Source of the DNA: Octopus sinensis
Lineage: Eukaryota
DNA: 64,000 nt
Assembly: GCF_006345805.1 (NCBI RefSeq)
Contig: NC_042997.1
Coordinates: forward strand, 54,808,001 to 54,872,000
Reading direction: 5' to 3'
Shown here: positions 11,184 to 24,070 of the stretch, in pieces
How the letters are laid out: each line of letters opens with the position of its first letter
Position numbering within the stretch: position 1 is the stretch's first letter
Translations under genes and position numbers: made by a program
Notes under the pieces: generated by a model
Databases searched by the model: none
The model's input: the letters and a program-made list of their open reading frames with translations, nothing else
Told to the model about the DNA's origin: nothing

Positions 11184-12184
11184 ATTTTCCTAACTTTTAT
11201 TTTTCACAAGAAAGCGTCATGACGCAGTAACTTTATCAGTAAACCTTTTCTGTGGAAATTTACTACACTAGTATCTGAATTTTTTTTTCGGTCTCATGAT
11301 TATTTGTATCTATAGGTATGCTTTAAAAAGACGAGTCATTTTAGGTCTTTGACAATCTCTTATATAATCTATGGAAATGTTACATTTTGTATTCTATTTA
11401 ATTTTTTATGTGCATGTCGTCCAAGTTCACGAAAATTTATATGGTCTAAGAATCAGGAAATATAGTTAGAAATTGTTTCATGCAATCATTGAAACCGATC
11501 GATTGATGGATGATTGTGGGCAGTCTGAAAAGATACTGGAATTTCTGCAGCCATTGATTTATCTTCTTTAAGTTCGAGCGCATTTTAACAGGTACCAAGT
11601 AATTAAGATACAATTATCCAGGATGCCTTATGTCGCGACCATTAATATCTTGAAATTCAAGTGGTTATTAAGGCCAAAATATATCCAAGGAACTGGTAGT
11701 CAAATTTATTGAAGACAGGAAACCTGGTAAAAGATTATTCGTTCGCCTTTATATTTAAAAGAACTGCAGCAACTAACACTACACGCATGGAAAGGCTGCT
11801 AATAACAAAAATCATGTGAACTTTGCTCGACATTAACAGACCATGTGATGATATTAAGCAGGTCGACAAATAAAGTTTACCCCACAAGAAAAGCACAGGA
11901 GATTTTAATAAAGACAGACTATATGCCACAAGACATCTTGTTGAACGTCTATCAACCTGTACAAGCATTTTTTTTTCTCTTTTTGCCGGTAAGATGGAAG
12001 GCAAATTTGATTACGATGGTATTTAAACACAGAACACAAATAACAAATATTTCACGATTCTGACAAACCTTATATTATTTGCCAACTGAAGGTATATTGT
12101 AAGCTGCAATAAGATATTAGTTTTAAATAAGAGTAACGGTTTTCAATCCTGCCCGCGTCTTACACTCGGTATTACATATTGCAT

Positions 12185-12905
12185 TGAGTCAAAAATTTTG
12201 CAATATTTCAAAGACCCTCCCCTTGATTGATGAAGCGTCGCGAGCACAGAGAGTGAACCATGGATCAGAACCAAGTAATGATCCGATGGTGATATTTTTC
12301 CGCAATCCTAATGTACACCAGCAATGGTTAAACGAAGACCTGTTTCCGGAACCTGTCGCCAAACATGGGCATTTCGAACTCAAGGTGATTCTCTGCGTCT
12401 AGTGGAATTATGAGGGGATAATTCACTACGACTTGTTCGGGACGGTCGAACCATCGATGTCAACCTGTACTCCAAACAACTGAAGCGGTTGTATACTATA
12501 GTGCGGCAAAATACCTGGCATTGGTTAACAGAGAGCGAGCTCTTCTGCAGCAAGACAATGCAAGATCTCATACTGCTCGAACGATGCGGAAAAATCTCCA
12601 GGAGCTTCAGCGATATACACTTAGCATATAGTCCGTATCTAGCTCCCTCGGATTATTATTTATTCTGATCACAGGCTCACTTCCTGCACTCATGACGTTT
12701 CATCAACCAAGCAGAGGTGGAAACTTCAGTGAAGGAGTTCTTCGCTTCGAAGGACAAGAACTGGTATCAGCGTGGGATCAAAGAACTTGAAGAAAGGCAG
12801 TGCAACACCGTGGCCTCTACATTAATGCTAAGTTGTTCTTGTTGTAACTTGATGAATAAAACAAATATATCAAAATATTGTAAAATTTTTGACTCAGGGA
12901 CTTTA
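12185..12905 (+). mobile_element. Internally deleted mariner (DDxD) transposon
   Basis: TIRs tgagtcaaaaattttgcaatattt / aaatattgtaaaatttttgactca. Broken frames give KVILCV*WNYEGIIHY, QQDNARSHTA, APSDYYLF and KEFFASKDKNWYQRGIKEL. Confidence 0.9.
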
Positions 12906-13387
12906 TACTTCATGTGTGTTTGTATATGTGCTGGAAAAACTAGGAAATATTTTATTTTCCAAATTCATATCTCTGTAGCTGTATCATTAAATTGTTGTTT
13001 TCTTTCGAATGCTGAAGCAGTTTTCTTTTCTTAATTTCTGATGGGTTTGTCAGGGGCTAGTTTCCATAAAATAAGGACAAAATTTTGCCCTCTGGCGGGG
13101 AGTTTCCAGTTACTTCTACGTTATAGAAGAATAGACTCAAATGGAGTAAACAATAAAATAACAAAGACACTGTTGTAAAAGAAAATATCATTTATACTTT
13201 TTTCGTAAGAAATACACCAAACATTTAGATTTTTTTTACAAAATAAAAATATAAAGAATAAATAATGACGATGTTGCTGAGAATGCATTGATAGTAATAT
13301 TTTAAGATATCACACTGTAATGTGAGAATAGTACTCAGTTATATTTATATCAGTTTGTAAACAATGCTTATATGAGTTTATAATATT

Positions 13388-13902
<515 letters not shown>

Positions 13903-13942
13903 CTACACCGGCACCGAAATTTATGTGAAAGATTTTTCCCGA

Positions 13943-14670
13943 GGTGGTAGTGAGAGGACTTTCGGAAAATTCACACAATCCGATTTTTTCCTTCATAACT
14001 TTTAGGAAAATGGATATCTTTTGATGAAATTTTATATAAATATCTTTCAAATGGCAAAGATTACGATTATAAAGAAATTTGTGGGGAATTTTTTCCGTGG
14101 GGGCAGGTGAGAAGAGGATTTTTCTAAGAGAAAGAAATTCATAAATTATTTTTTTGCTTGAGTGTAATGGAAATAAGTTGTTTTTTTTTTAATTTTAGAT
14201 TCATTTATTTATCGTTTGAGTAATAGAAAAAGATTTTTTTAAAAATCCCATGTATCATGGTGAGAGAAACAAATTCATAAATACGGTGTTGAATATGGTT
14301 TTACTATCGGAAAAAAGTTAAGGGCGATTTAGCTGTTGTTTTTAGCACATCTCCATCGTTGGGATCTTTTAAAAAACCTTTTTCTATTACTCAAACGAAA
14401 CATAAATGAATCTAAAATTTTTTTTTCAAACTTATTTTCATTACACTCAAGCAAAAAAAAAAAAAATAATAATTTGTGAACTTCTTTCTCTTAGAAAAGT
14501 CATCTACCCACCCCTTCGGAAAAAATTCCCACAAATTTCTTTATAATCGTAATCTATGTCGTTTGAAAGGTATTTATATAAAATTTCAATACAAGATATC
14601 CATTTTCCTAAAAGTTTTGAGGGAAAAAATTGGATCGTGTGAAATTTCCGAAAGTTCTCACCCCACTCCC
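13943..14670. repeat. Long inverted repeat (about 300-bp arms, about 110-bp spacer)
   Basis: 13943-14250 is the reverse complement of 14360-14670 (for example ttcggaaaattcacacaatccgatttttt vs aaaaaattggatcgtgtgaaatttccgaa). Related partial units continue to about 15240. Confidence 0.85.
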
Positions 14671-16255
14671 AGTTTGTTTGCGCAAACTTTTGTATTCATA
14701 TTCATTCAATACACATTTTCTTACACCTATTACATTTTTTTTTTTTTGGTGACCGAGAGTTAAAGTAAACGGTAACCACAGGTTTTTTTGAAAATTTTGT
14801 ATCATTCTTTATCTCTCCTACTCAGACTTCGTTACCACTAATTTCTGTAACTTTAGCATTTTCACTTATTCTTTGCAAACTTGTTTGAATTTTCAAATTG
14901 TAATCCACGCTCACGAAAATGTAATTCTACAAAATGTTATCTAAAAATATGGGTAAAGAAACAGCAAAAAAAAAAAAAAAATTCCCCGTAAAATGGGGGT
15001 TGGGGGGTGAAATTTCCGAGGGTTCCACCTCACCCCCGTTTTCTGGACAAAAAAAAAAGTGTTTCGTGGCATATTAGGAATTCACCGTAATTCATTCAAC
15101 GAAAAGAAAAAAAGCATTTTCCAATAATTCCGGGAAGGTGGGTCCGATTCCCACCCCCACTTTTTTTCCGAATCAAAATAAGGTGATTGCGGCATATTAG
15201 GAGGTCAGGGTACTTGATTCCACGCGAAAAACCCGGTTTTTTTTCTTAGTGAACTGCGTGTGGATGTACTTGCGCAATTTTACCGAAACGGACTGACAAT
15301 CTGAACAATGCTGAGTACAACGGAGAGTTACCCCCCCTCTCACTCTGCCGTCGTTACTAGTATTTTCTGGCAATTTCGATAATATTCCGCAATGTTCTAT
15401 ATGTTTCTGGAACTTTCCAGAAGCTTCGTTGTAGTTCCATTAGTTCTTTTACAAATACATTTAAATTTGGATTAACCATTTGCTTAAAATATGTGTATTT
15501 CAACGAAAAAAAAAAATACCTGTTTGGCGAATATATTCTTAATCTATAACATCGTCGTTGTCGCTGTCATATTATTATCTGTTATATTGCTTCTCTTTCC
15601 TGATACATTTGCTAAACAGCTTAAAATATTTGTATGGCATATTGACTTCTTTTTTGAAAGGGAAATACTTTTAGAGTAAACAAATTCTCGCTTTGTGAAC
15701 AAGCCAGTTGCCGCGCTCGCAAGAAATAACAGCCAAAGTTTACTATATTGTCTGTAAACAAAAGAATGACATCGGAACATTTATCCCCTGGCACAATGAA
15801 GGGACCAGAAGATGGTCATGGGCCCCATTTAGGTTTTCCGGGCACCAAATCGATGTAGTGACTGCGCCTTGCTTTCACTGGCCCTGCCTCCAGTCGAAAC
15901 GCTCTAGGATATAACAAATGATAATTTCTAGTAAAAGTCCAACCTTTATTTATAATTAGCAAATCTGCCCATCTACGATGGAGGCATAAAGTGAGAGAGG
16001 GAAATCATAACAGCAGTATGTATTGATAAATGTGTAAATGGGCTTGATAGATTGGAGAAATCACATTATTGTTGGTGATACAGCATTCTGCTGCAGCTAT
16101 ATGACGTGTTAGCGACTAAGTGACATATGATGATGATTCACTCCCGAACTGAAATAGGCTCTCTAGATTATGATTGGTTATGTGGACCACTCTTAATGAA
16201 AACCAGAGTTTCCTTCGATCACTACATAAAAAGTATTAAGAAAAAAAAAGTTAAA

Positions 16256-16690
16256 TAAATAATAATAATGAAATTATTGTATACAGTACTCAGGTGCGCC
16301 ACAACTTGTCAGAAGTGCGTATAAAGCATATGCAGTAATGTACAAATGTCTGGAAAGTGAACAGCGTATGAGTCAGGTACATTCTTGCGTGTGTATGGAG
16401 GGGAGAAAATCAGGTGTAGTGTAGGCGAATCTCAGAAAGCATGGAAGTTTTGAAGGATGCCGTGTTCCGACAACTAACAACTGAAGCCGGCAGTTTGTTC
16501 CATACTTCAGCAACTCTTATCGTGAAAAAATGTTTCCGAAAGTCATGGGAGCTGTGCTGTTTTCTGACTTTGTAAACATGTCCACGGGTGTTAGACAGGT
16601 GGAGTTTGAAAAGGTGCTCAGAGTTATTGTTAGTAAGATGGTTAATAATTTTATGCGTGTCTGCCAAGTCAGCTGCCAGACGTCGTGTTA
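16256..16690 (-). mobile_element. CR1/L2-clade LINE 3' end
   Basis: ORF2 C-terminus TRGHVYKVRKQHSSHDFRKHFFTIRVAEVWNKLPASVV, followed by a 3' UTR ending in (ATT)n. Confidence 0.85.
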
Positions 16691-16797
16691 TTTAGATATA
16701 CTTTTATTTTAGTTGTTTACACTATTTTACGCTTGTTATACATTCAAAGTTCACAAATTTCCTAATTTAAATTATGAAACATATTCCTTTCGATAAT

Positions 16798-16968
16798 AGG
16801 GCGGCGAGCTGCCAGAATCGGTATTTCGTTTGCCGTTACGTTCTGAGTTCAAAATCCGCCAAGGTTGACTTTCGGGGTCGATTAAATAAGAACCGGTTAC
16901 TTAATCGACTCAATCCCTTTGTCTGTCCTTGTTTGCCCCCTGTGGGCAGTAAAGAAATAAATATCAAT
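16798..16968 (+). mobile_element. Internally deleted tRNA-derived SINE
   Basis: Collinear with the 54086 copy: ggcgagctg.cagaa, gagttcaaaatccgccaagg, ttcggggtcga, gtgggcagtaaagaaata. Confidence 0.7.
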
Positions 16969-17189
16969 ATGATTACAAAACTTCTTGCTGTGAAAAGGGA
17001 ACAAACAAAAAGACGGACAGACAGATGGACATAATGCTCATTATAGTAAGGTAGCAAATCTACCCATCTACGATGGGAAATAAAGGGATAGTATCGCAAA
17101 TCTAACCCTCCGAATTTACGGTTCGGAATCCAGAGTTAATCCTCGTCGCTGGAATTTTAACAAAAAAAAAAAAAAAAAATCAAAACTCA

Positions 17190-17350
17190 ATATCCACTAA
17201 ATAATGATACTTTTTCACATTTTCTTTCGCTAAAAACCTGCCTAATTACCTCCTTCGTAAATCCGAAAAACATCGTGACCATTGGTCCAGTCGTTTGACT
17301 ATGAAGCGAGAACAGACAGACGGGCATTACGCCTATTATAGTAAGATAGT
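17190..17350 (+). mobile_element. Helitron-like (DINE/HINE-type) 3' end
   Basis: ggtccagtcgttt..gaacagacagacgggc..ttatagtaagat. A similar end occurs at 17005-17050. Confidence 0.45.
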
Positions 17351-17499
17351 ATGTTCCTATCAGTTTGTTTACATTCATTACTCATTGTTTATTTCTTACG
17401 TGTATCGGTAATGAAAAGGAAAAAAAAAGTTTTGTTCAAAATATGAACAAGAATATATTTTACAAAAGAAAGAAAAGAAAAAAGAAAACAAAAAAAAGG

Positions 17500-17960
17500 G
17501 AGGCAATAAAGAAAGAAAAAACCCACCAATGCAGCACTAAGTGCTTCAACTAGTTGCACACCACAAGATTCAACGGAGCCTACTGAAGCAAGCCAACGCG
17601 CTTGCGGCATTACCACGGGCGATGGCGAGGCTAAGGCGTTGGAGAAGTCAAGTACCCTCACGGACATCATCTAACACCTCGGTGAGGTGAGCTGCCATCG
17701 ATGACAAGAACTTTGCCGTTAGCGGCCAGTCCCTCCAAACGTCGCAAACGCCACAGGCTTGGGAGAGATAGTTCACTGTCAGGTCCCGATGGGTAAGAGG
17801 TAGGTGCTTCATCTGGGGCCCCACGGTCTGTGACTCTTTCTCTCCCTCCCACATCCTGGATGCTGCGGTAAATGGGAGGGTCACTGCTTCCGTAACCGAA
17901 CGGAAATATAACATAGATTGTCGTTGGTGAGAGCACTCCAGTGCATTCTTCTTTGTTTCT
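17500..17960 (-). mobile_element. Possible decayed L1/Tx1-type ORF1
   Basis: GC-rich island. Minus-strand frames give CGVCD followed, after a frameshift, by EGLAANGK, which could be a degenerate CCHC knuckle. Confidence 0.25.
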
Positions 17961-18102
17961 CAAGTTGTATAGTTAATTACAAGTGATGCCTTAATAACGA
18001 CATGACTATACTCTCCCTAAATCTTTAACAATATACATCATATACACGGTTCGAACCCTGCTGAGAGCTTTTGTCTATTTTCATCCAGGGGTTTGTTAGA
18101 AG

Positions 18103-18236
18103 CACTAGCGTAACTAGAGTGTGCCCCCGTCCGGAGTGGCCCTTCCGTTTGTTGCCCCCGGATCTCACAAAAAATCACATATTGCCTATAGCAGACCCGA
18201 AAGTACCGCCCTTACCCCACCCCTGATACGCTAGTG
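18103..18236. mobile_element. hAT-type MITE (134 bp)
   Basis: TIR cactagcgta / tacgctagtg. 8-bp TSD gttagaag / gttggaag (7 of 8 match). Confidence 0.75.
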
Positions 18237-18762
18237 GTTGGAAGGTATAGCTGAATTCGTGTAGTAGCAGATCATTAATGTAGGCGTTTTTTGTAAATAA
18301 TATTATTTTGCTCTTTTGTAAGATGATCCTGAGACACTATTTTAACCGGTTGAACCCTAAATCTTCCTCACCGCTAGTCGTATCTCACTCATTGTCGTAA
18401 AGGCTGTCATTTGGGAACTTCACCTTTTGCAACCCCACTCACACTCTGGCTGTCTAATGACCCTGGCCAACGCTGGTGGTCAGCAAGATGAGGCGAACTG
18501 ACATGTGTTATTTTTCATCCCCTACTCACTTAATGTGTGTATATGAGAAGCACCAGCCCGCTAGAAAGTGGAAGTAACCTCCCACCCTCAGCTTAACCAC
18601 CACTCTCACTGAAAATATGTAACGGACCAACAGAAATCGGACAAACGAGCGGAATTTAGCATATCATCTCACCTGGATCATGATATCGAATTCTGGCTAG
18701 AGCCCCAATTCTCCTCAGCAGGTCTTGCTTTACCCAAAATGAAAAATCCATCTCATCTCGTT

Positions 18763-18990
18763 GTAATCCGTTACGTCTTGTTTATAGTGATCAAATGTTC
18801 GAGCAGCACATTAGCTCACTCTCTCGATCAAATTGACGTTGTCTGAACAGGTGCACTGTGTACCACGCGTCGGGTGTCGAAGTGATCGCAGAGCCACGTG
18901 AGATGAAGTGTTTTGCTCAAGAATACATCGCACCATCCCGACTAGGAATTGAAATCACGATCTGGCGATCGTAAGTGCAACACTCCAGCC
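18763..18990 (-). mobile_element. tRNA-derived SINE
   Basis: Minus strand has a tRNA-like head (gatttcaattcctagtcggg) and then ttcttgagcaaaacacttcatctcac. Confidence 0.55.
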
Positions 18991-18991
18991 A

Positions 18992-19348
18992 TATGGAAGA
19001 ACTCCGCCGGTTACGACGACGAGGGTTCCGGTTGATCCGATCAACGGAACAGCCTGCTCGTGAAATTAACGTGTAAGTGGCTGAGCACTCCACAGACACG
19101 TGTACCCTTAACGTAGTTCTCGGGGATATTCAGCGTGACAAGGCCGGCCCTTTGAAATACAGGTACAACAGAAACAGGAAGTAAGAGTGAGAGAAAGTTG
19201 TGGTGAAAGAGTACAGCAGGGATCACCACCATCCCTGCCGGAGCCTCGTGGAGCTTTAGGTGTTTTCGCTCAATAAACACTCACAACGCCCGGTCTGGGA
19301 ATCGAAACCGCGAGTCCGCTGCCCTAACCACTGGGCCATTGCGCCTCC
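18992..19348 (-). mobile_element. Near full-length tRNA-derived SINE
   Basis: Head ggaggcgcaatggcccagtggttagg..ttcgattccc with A- and B-box. Body aactacgttaagggtacacgtgtctgtggagtgctcagccac. Confidence 0.85.
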
Positions 19349-19369
19349 TTCTAGCCATATATATATAAT

Positions 19370-20160
19370 ATTATTTAATTATGCACAATATATGTTTCTG
19401 TGTGCTACTATTAGTTTCATGCGGCGAATGTATCTCAGACAGTATTTTTTAAACTCGTCTAGTGCCTTAGCGCAATCTTCAGGCAATGACTACATGGGGA
19501 TTGCCTGAAGCTAAAAGTAGGAGGATAAGAAGTGTGAAAAAACAAGAAAAGCTGAGAAAGAAGTAGATATACACGGTGGAAGGTTGAAAGATTTGAAAAT
19601 GAAAAATAAAACAGAAAGAAGCAAAAGAAGTATAATGAGTTTTTTCAGCCATGCATAGCTTACATTTTTTAGATCCCTTGTGGATTTTTCGAAGAAATCA
19701 GATCCTTTTCAGGTTTAAGAATTCTACCACACTGCTGAATTCTAGATCTGAAATTTTCAGCGATTGTAAACATATGACTAAGATCCTGTTGGCGAATTGT
19801 GAAGTACCATTCTCTCCGAATTGAGCAGCTGTACCGCAGACTCTAGGCCACTATCCTTAATGCCTTATATTTTCAGTCGAAGGGGACATAACTCTAATTC
19901 TACCCTTTCGCTTCATTTTGCTTTCTTTTTCGTTCTCCGGTTTTTCAATCTTCCACCTTTCATATCTTCTTTCTCAGCTTTTCTCATTTTATTCTCTCTT
20001 CTTATCATCCTACTTTTAGCTTGTTACACCATGTAGGCATTGCCTGAAGATTGCGCTAAGGCACCAGACGTGTTAAAATATACTGTTTGAGATGCATTCG
20101 TCGCATGAAACTAATAGCAGAGCAGAAAAATATATATTGTGTTTATTATATAATATTTAT
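19370..20160 (+). mobile_element. Penelope-like element 3' fragment with inverted pLTR
   Basis: 19732-19797 encodes LLNSRSEIFSDCKHMTKILLAN, matching the PLE GIY-YIG C-terminal motif LLNxRSExxSxCRH. The 3' UTR/pLTR at 19905-20160 is repeated in inverted orientation at 19370-19630. Confidence 0.8.
19403..19485 (-). ncRNA. Minimal type I hammerhead ribozyme motif in the PLE pLTR
   Basis: Minus strand reads UGC-CUGAAGA-UUGCG..47 nt..CGCAU-GAAAC-UAAUA-GUA|GCA: core boxes, a 3-bp stem I, palindromic stem III (ACUA-A-UAGU) and a GUA cleavage triplet. The stem II closing pair is U-U. Confidence 0.5.
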
Positions 20161-20232
20161 CTCTCACCACATGGAGTGCTTTTTTTTAAAATCTTACCAT
20201 CATGAAACAGTACATTACACAACACACACTCT

Positions 20233-20523
20233 TTAGGTTCGTTTACGGGAAACGTTTTTGAGTACGCAAATAAAAACTCCTATTTCATTATGTCGGCTAC
20301 GACATAATGATACCAACTCGCAATAGTAATTTTATTGGGTTGTACCGATATAATGTAAGATACATTTAATGTAAGATACATTTATGGGTATAATGTACAT
20401 TTATGGGTATAATGTAAGATACATTTATGGGTATAAAACTGCTATTGCAAGTTGGTGCCGGCATAATATAAAATAGGAGCTATTATATGTGTACTCAAAA
20501 ACGTTTCCCATAAACGAACTTAA
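20233..20523. mobile_element. MITE with about 95-bp TIRs and a central minisatellite
   Basis: ggttcgtttacgggaaacgtttttgagtac / gtactcaaaaacgtttcccataaacgaac. The centre has tandem tacatttatgggtataatgtaaga units. The right flank is TTAA. Confidence 0.75.
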
Positions 20524-21009
20524 GGAATGCATACACACACATATACATATATATAAACGTAAGATCCAAGTATCGAGGTGTAGGAAGAAAGTGAGCTTCA
20601 AGCAATACATAGAAAATATGAAAGAAAACAACTTTCAGGAATAACAGTGGTTGTCTTAAGGCTGTATCATGCGCGGGGACATAGAAATAATCGGACTGAA
20701 TACCCGATCGCGCGGTTAAACCATTGGGAGTGAAGGACTCCTAACCTTTGTTAGGGCATCCTTCTAGGAGAAGGCAACTCAGGTAACTGGGATAACTCCG
20801 ACATAAAACCTGCGGCTCAGTGGTTATCGATGATGTTGACTTGTTCTTCTTTTCGGATTAAGGCTGCTGTTGCTTAGTGAGTGGGATTGACTCAGTGCAC
20901 AGCCTTTCCTCACTTTTTAAAAAAAATCTTCTTGCACAGGCATTGCATGATAACAACATTGATTAAGCTTCGTGCAATGGCCATACTCGATAACGAGGGG
21001 GCAGCCACC

Positions 21010-21058
21010 ATGCATGCATGTATGTATGTATGTATGTATGTATGTATGCATGCATGCA
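21010..21058. repeat. (TATG)n microsatellite
   Basis: catgcatg(tatg)n catgcatgc. Confidence 0.9.
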
Positions 21059-22079
21059 TCCTCTAACCCTTATGCCAAACGCTCTCACTGCACTATCCAG
21101 TCTCTATCTACTCCCATACAGCTATCGTTCTATCTTTCCTTCACACTGTAGTATATATTCCAACCCAATCCTAATTCACCGTCTATTCAAAAATGGAACT
21201 TGTAACTTCCATTATCCATTGCTTTGGATTATCTTCGAATCTTCACCTATGGAAATGCCAACGGAGTCTTTTACCTATGGCTTTAATTCTTTGATCATGG
21301 AACTACCAAATACATACAGCTTGCATTCTGGTTTTTCCTCCATTCTCAACGAACTAGTAATTATTAATATGCTCGATTGGGGACAATTTCCAGTTCCACA
21401 CTTTCTCTCTCACTCCGATGACGGGATACTTACCTTACGTGAATTCTATGCTTAGCTGTCCTAGAAACAGCTATAAGAACCTTTACGTATTTATTAAAAC
21501 TACTCTACACCACGTTTTACTAAATGTTTTAGAATGATACTCAATGTTTTGCTTGTTCCTTATCTGTTATATTGTATACCTGCTCAGTGATGAACAATTT
21601 CTCGTCACCTTTGATAGACGTTTTCAGCACATTTTTCAGTTACAATTCAAGCCGGAGATTTAGTAGTAAACCAAACTGAGTACTCATAGTACATACCTAT
21701 TACATCGATTGACGAAAACTCCAACTCCTTGCGTAGTCTCTCCTCTCCTGTGCGTGCGCGCGCGCGTGTGATACAAAGGTATTATAAGAATACAATCTCA
21801 GTTACATATTAGAATCAGCCGACCTCAAAAAAGTAGATTCATTCTAAAAGACAAAACACCAAAAACTAGAAACAAACAATTGTTTTTAAAAATATCAACA
21901 TCGAACAACTAAAAGAAATAAAATAAACAAGTAAATATTCCACAGAAAATAGTAAATTGCCAAATATTTTTTTCCAACATAAGCCAGAAAACTAATAGTA
22001 AAATATTATAAAAGTAATTTGCACTTCCAACAATAACAATCACTTCATACCTATGTCATAATAACAAATTCTAATAATG

Positions 22080-23580
22080 TATTCAAGGATCAACGCTAGG
22101 AGAGAATCGGAGAGGTAGGTGAATTGCACTCCGTTCCCCATACCTCACATACTGCAAGACTAAGTTAAGGCCTTTTGCAAACATTTCTCGAAAATCAGCC
22201 TCTCAAAACCACACAAATGATCACGTTCTTCTTATCAGATACCCCCAAAACAATACAGAAACCTGAAAGCTCAAAAAACCATAGCTAGATAAAATCACGA
22301 ACACACGAAGGAATTAATGCATACATTTACAATTACTTATACCAACACTCAAATTCTCAGAGTCTGTAAGCTTGGCAAAATTATAGCAATCTCAAAGCTG
22401 AGAGAAAATCCATCATACAGGTCCACTACCCTCCTAAGCACAATTTTAGAAAGGCAAATCGTTGATATAATGAAACCACACGTCACTTTCTTCAAATCAC
22501 AACACGAACTTAGACCGCTACACTCAAACACCAGACAACTCAAAGACGTAATATAGAAAACAGATGACGGCTTCAACAAAATAAATAAATAACTCTCTCT
22601 CTCTCTCACAAACCATTTTAACTGCCATCAACATTAGCTAGGCTTTCAACTTTACTCCATATTTTGAGGCCATACTAAAAATACACGACACTCTACAAAA
22701 CAGCACAATAGCAACGACTTGTCAGGCCACCAGGCAATATTTCAGGTTCTGAAAATATGAACCATATTTAAAGAAGCGCAATATCTAGAGTGGTGTAGTA
22801 AAGGGAGCTATCATTTCAATCTTAACAGTCTATATCTGCACGACATTCCTACACTACTATATAACATTCTTCTCTACTAGACACTATCGTACATATATTC
22901 TAACTCCATTTGAAACCTGGTTATACAAGAGACTTAAAGGAGCACAAACTAAATTCGCTGTTTCCTTTCTTACGATTAGCAGCAACACTAGAACACATAA
23001 ACTACAACCAAACAAAACACTCAATAACATAAACGTTCGACACAGGAGGAATAAAAATAGTATGAGTTACTTTCACATCGTCCTCAACTTTAACAACGTA
23101 CATAGTAAAGAAAGCAAAACAATGCACAAACAACTTGATCAACGAAAAGAAATAACAACAATAGTGTTAAAAGACATTAAATCTACCATCGACTATACTA
23201 GTTTTTTTGTTTTTTTTTCTGGGGCCGTAGTTCATACAAACCTGTATGAACTACAAAGAACACAAAACAGCGCTTTACGCAAACATTACAGATTATGTAC
23301 ATACCTGATCCACGAGCCAACAGCACAATGGAACAAAAATACTAAAAAATGAAAGACTACCTGCAAAAAGGTACAGTCTGTTGTTGCAGAAATCCACCAC
23401 CAAACATCCAGATGCGTATAAAATAACCCATTTCACAACTACAACATTCTAAAAGCACTATCTTGCACATGTGCCAGTTTGCATACCACCAAGAAGTGCA
23501 CCGACCCCTTCCGACGAAGTCACCTCCCACGCCTTCCTGTTGACACCACCAGAAAATGATCAGTGAAGAGAACAATATGT
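22080..23580 (+). mobile_element. Decayed jockey/I-group LINE ORF2
   Basis: Remnants CKLGKIIAISK..SYRSTTLLSTILERQI..SQHELRPLHSNT, YLHDIP and LYELQRTQNSALR. The strand is A/C-rich. Confidence 0.7.
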
Positions 23581-24070
23581 CTAGTCTGTCATATTGTACC
23601 CTATGCGATTCGTCACTGTGTGTTGAAGTATGCAGTATAATTCTCGATCAGACGGAGACGTAACTAGGAAGTTTGTACTGTCGTTCAGCCGACATAGGAT
23701 TGCTCGCTCAAGGCTGACATGGATGTACACAACAACGAACATCTTAGCACTACAAGAGTTTTTATGACAAAATTTCCCATTTGTCTAACTTTTTCCTCCC
23801 TCCCACTTTTTTTTTTCAAGTGAAGTTTTTAAAGAAATTTTATCTGGAAACTGTGACACTCATGGCTTTGTGTCACATCGAGAGTATGTTTCGAAAAGCT
23901 ACAATGTCAACTCATTTGCTTTAGATAAAATTACAAATAAAAAGCACATCGTTAAACATACAACTTAATCACGTAGGTCTGTTTTTGCAATAAATAATAG
24001 TTTGTTGTTTTTCTTGTGATTACTGAGATAAACATTTCTCGCACAAGCTGTTGTCATGGTAAAATATATG

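Noticed and set aside
21018-21455. 145-aa ORF
   Set aside because: It starts in a microsatellite. An alternative frame shows LINE-like remnants (IQKWNL, ARLGTISSSTLSL), so it is a chance frame in decayed retroelement DNA.
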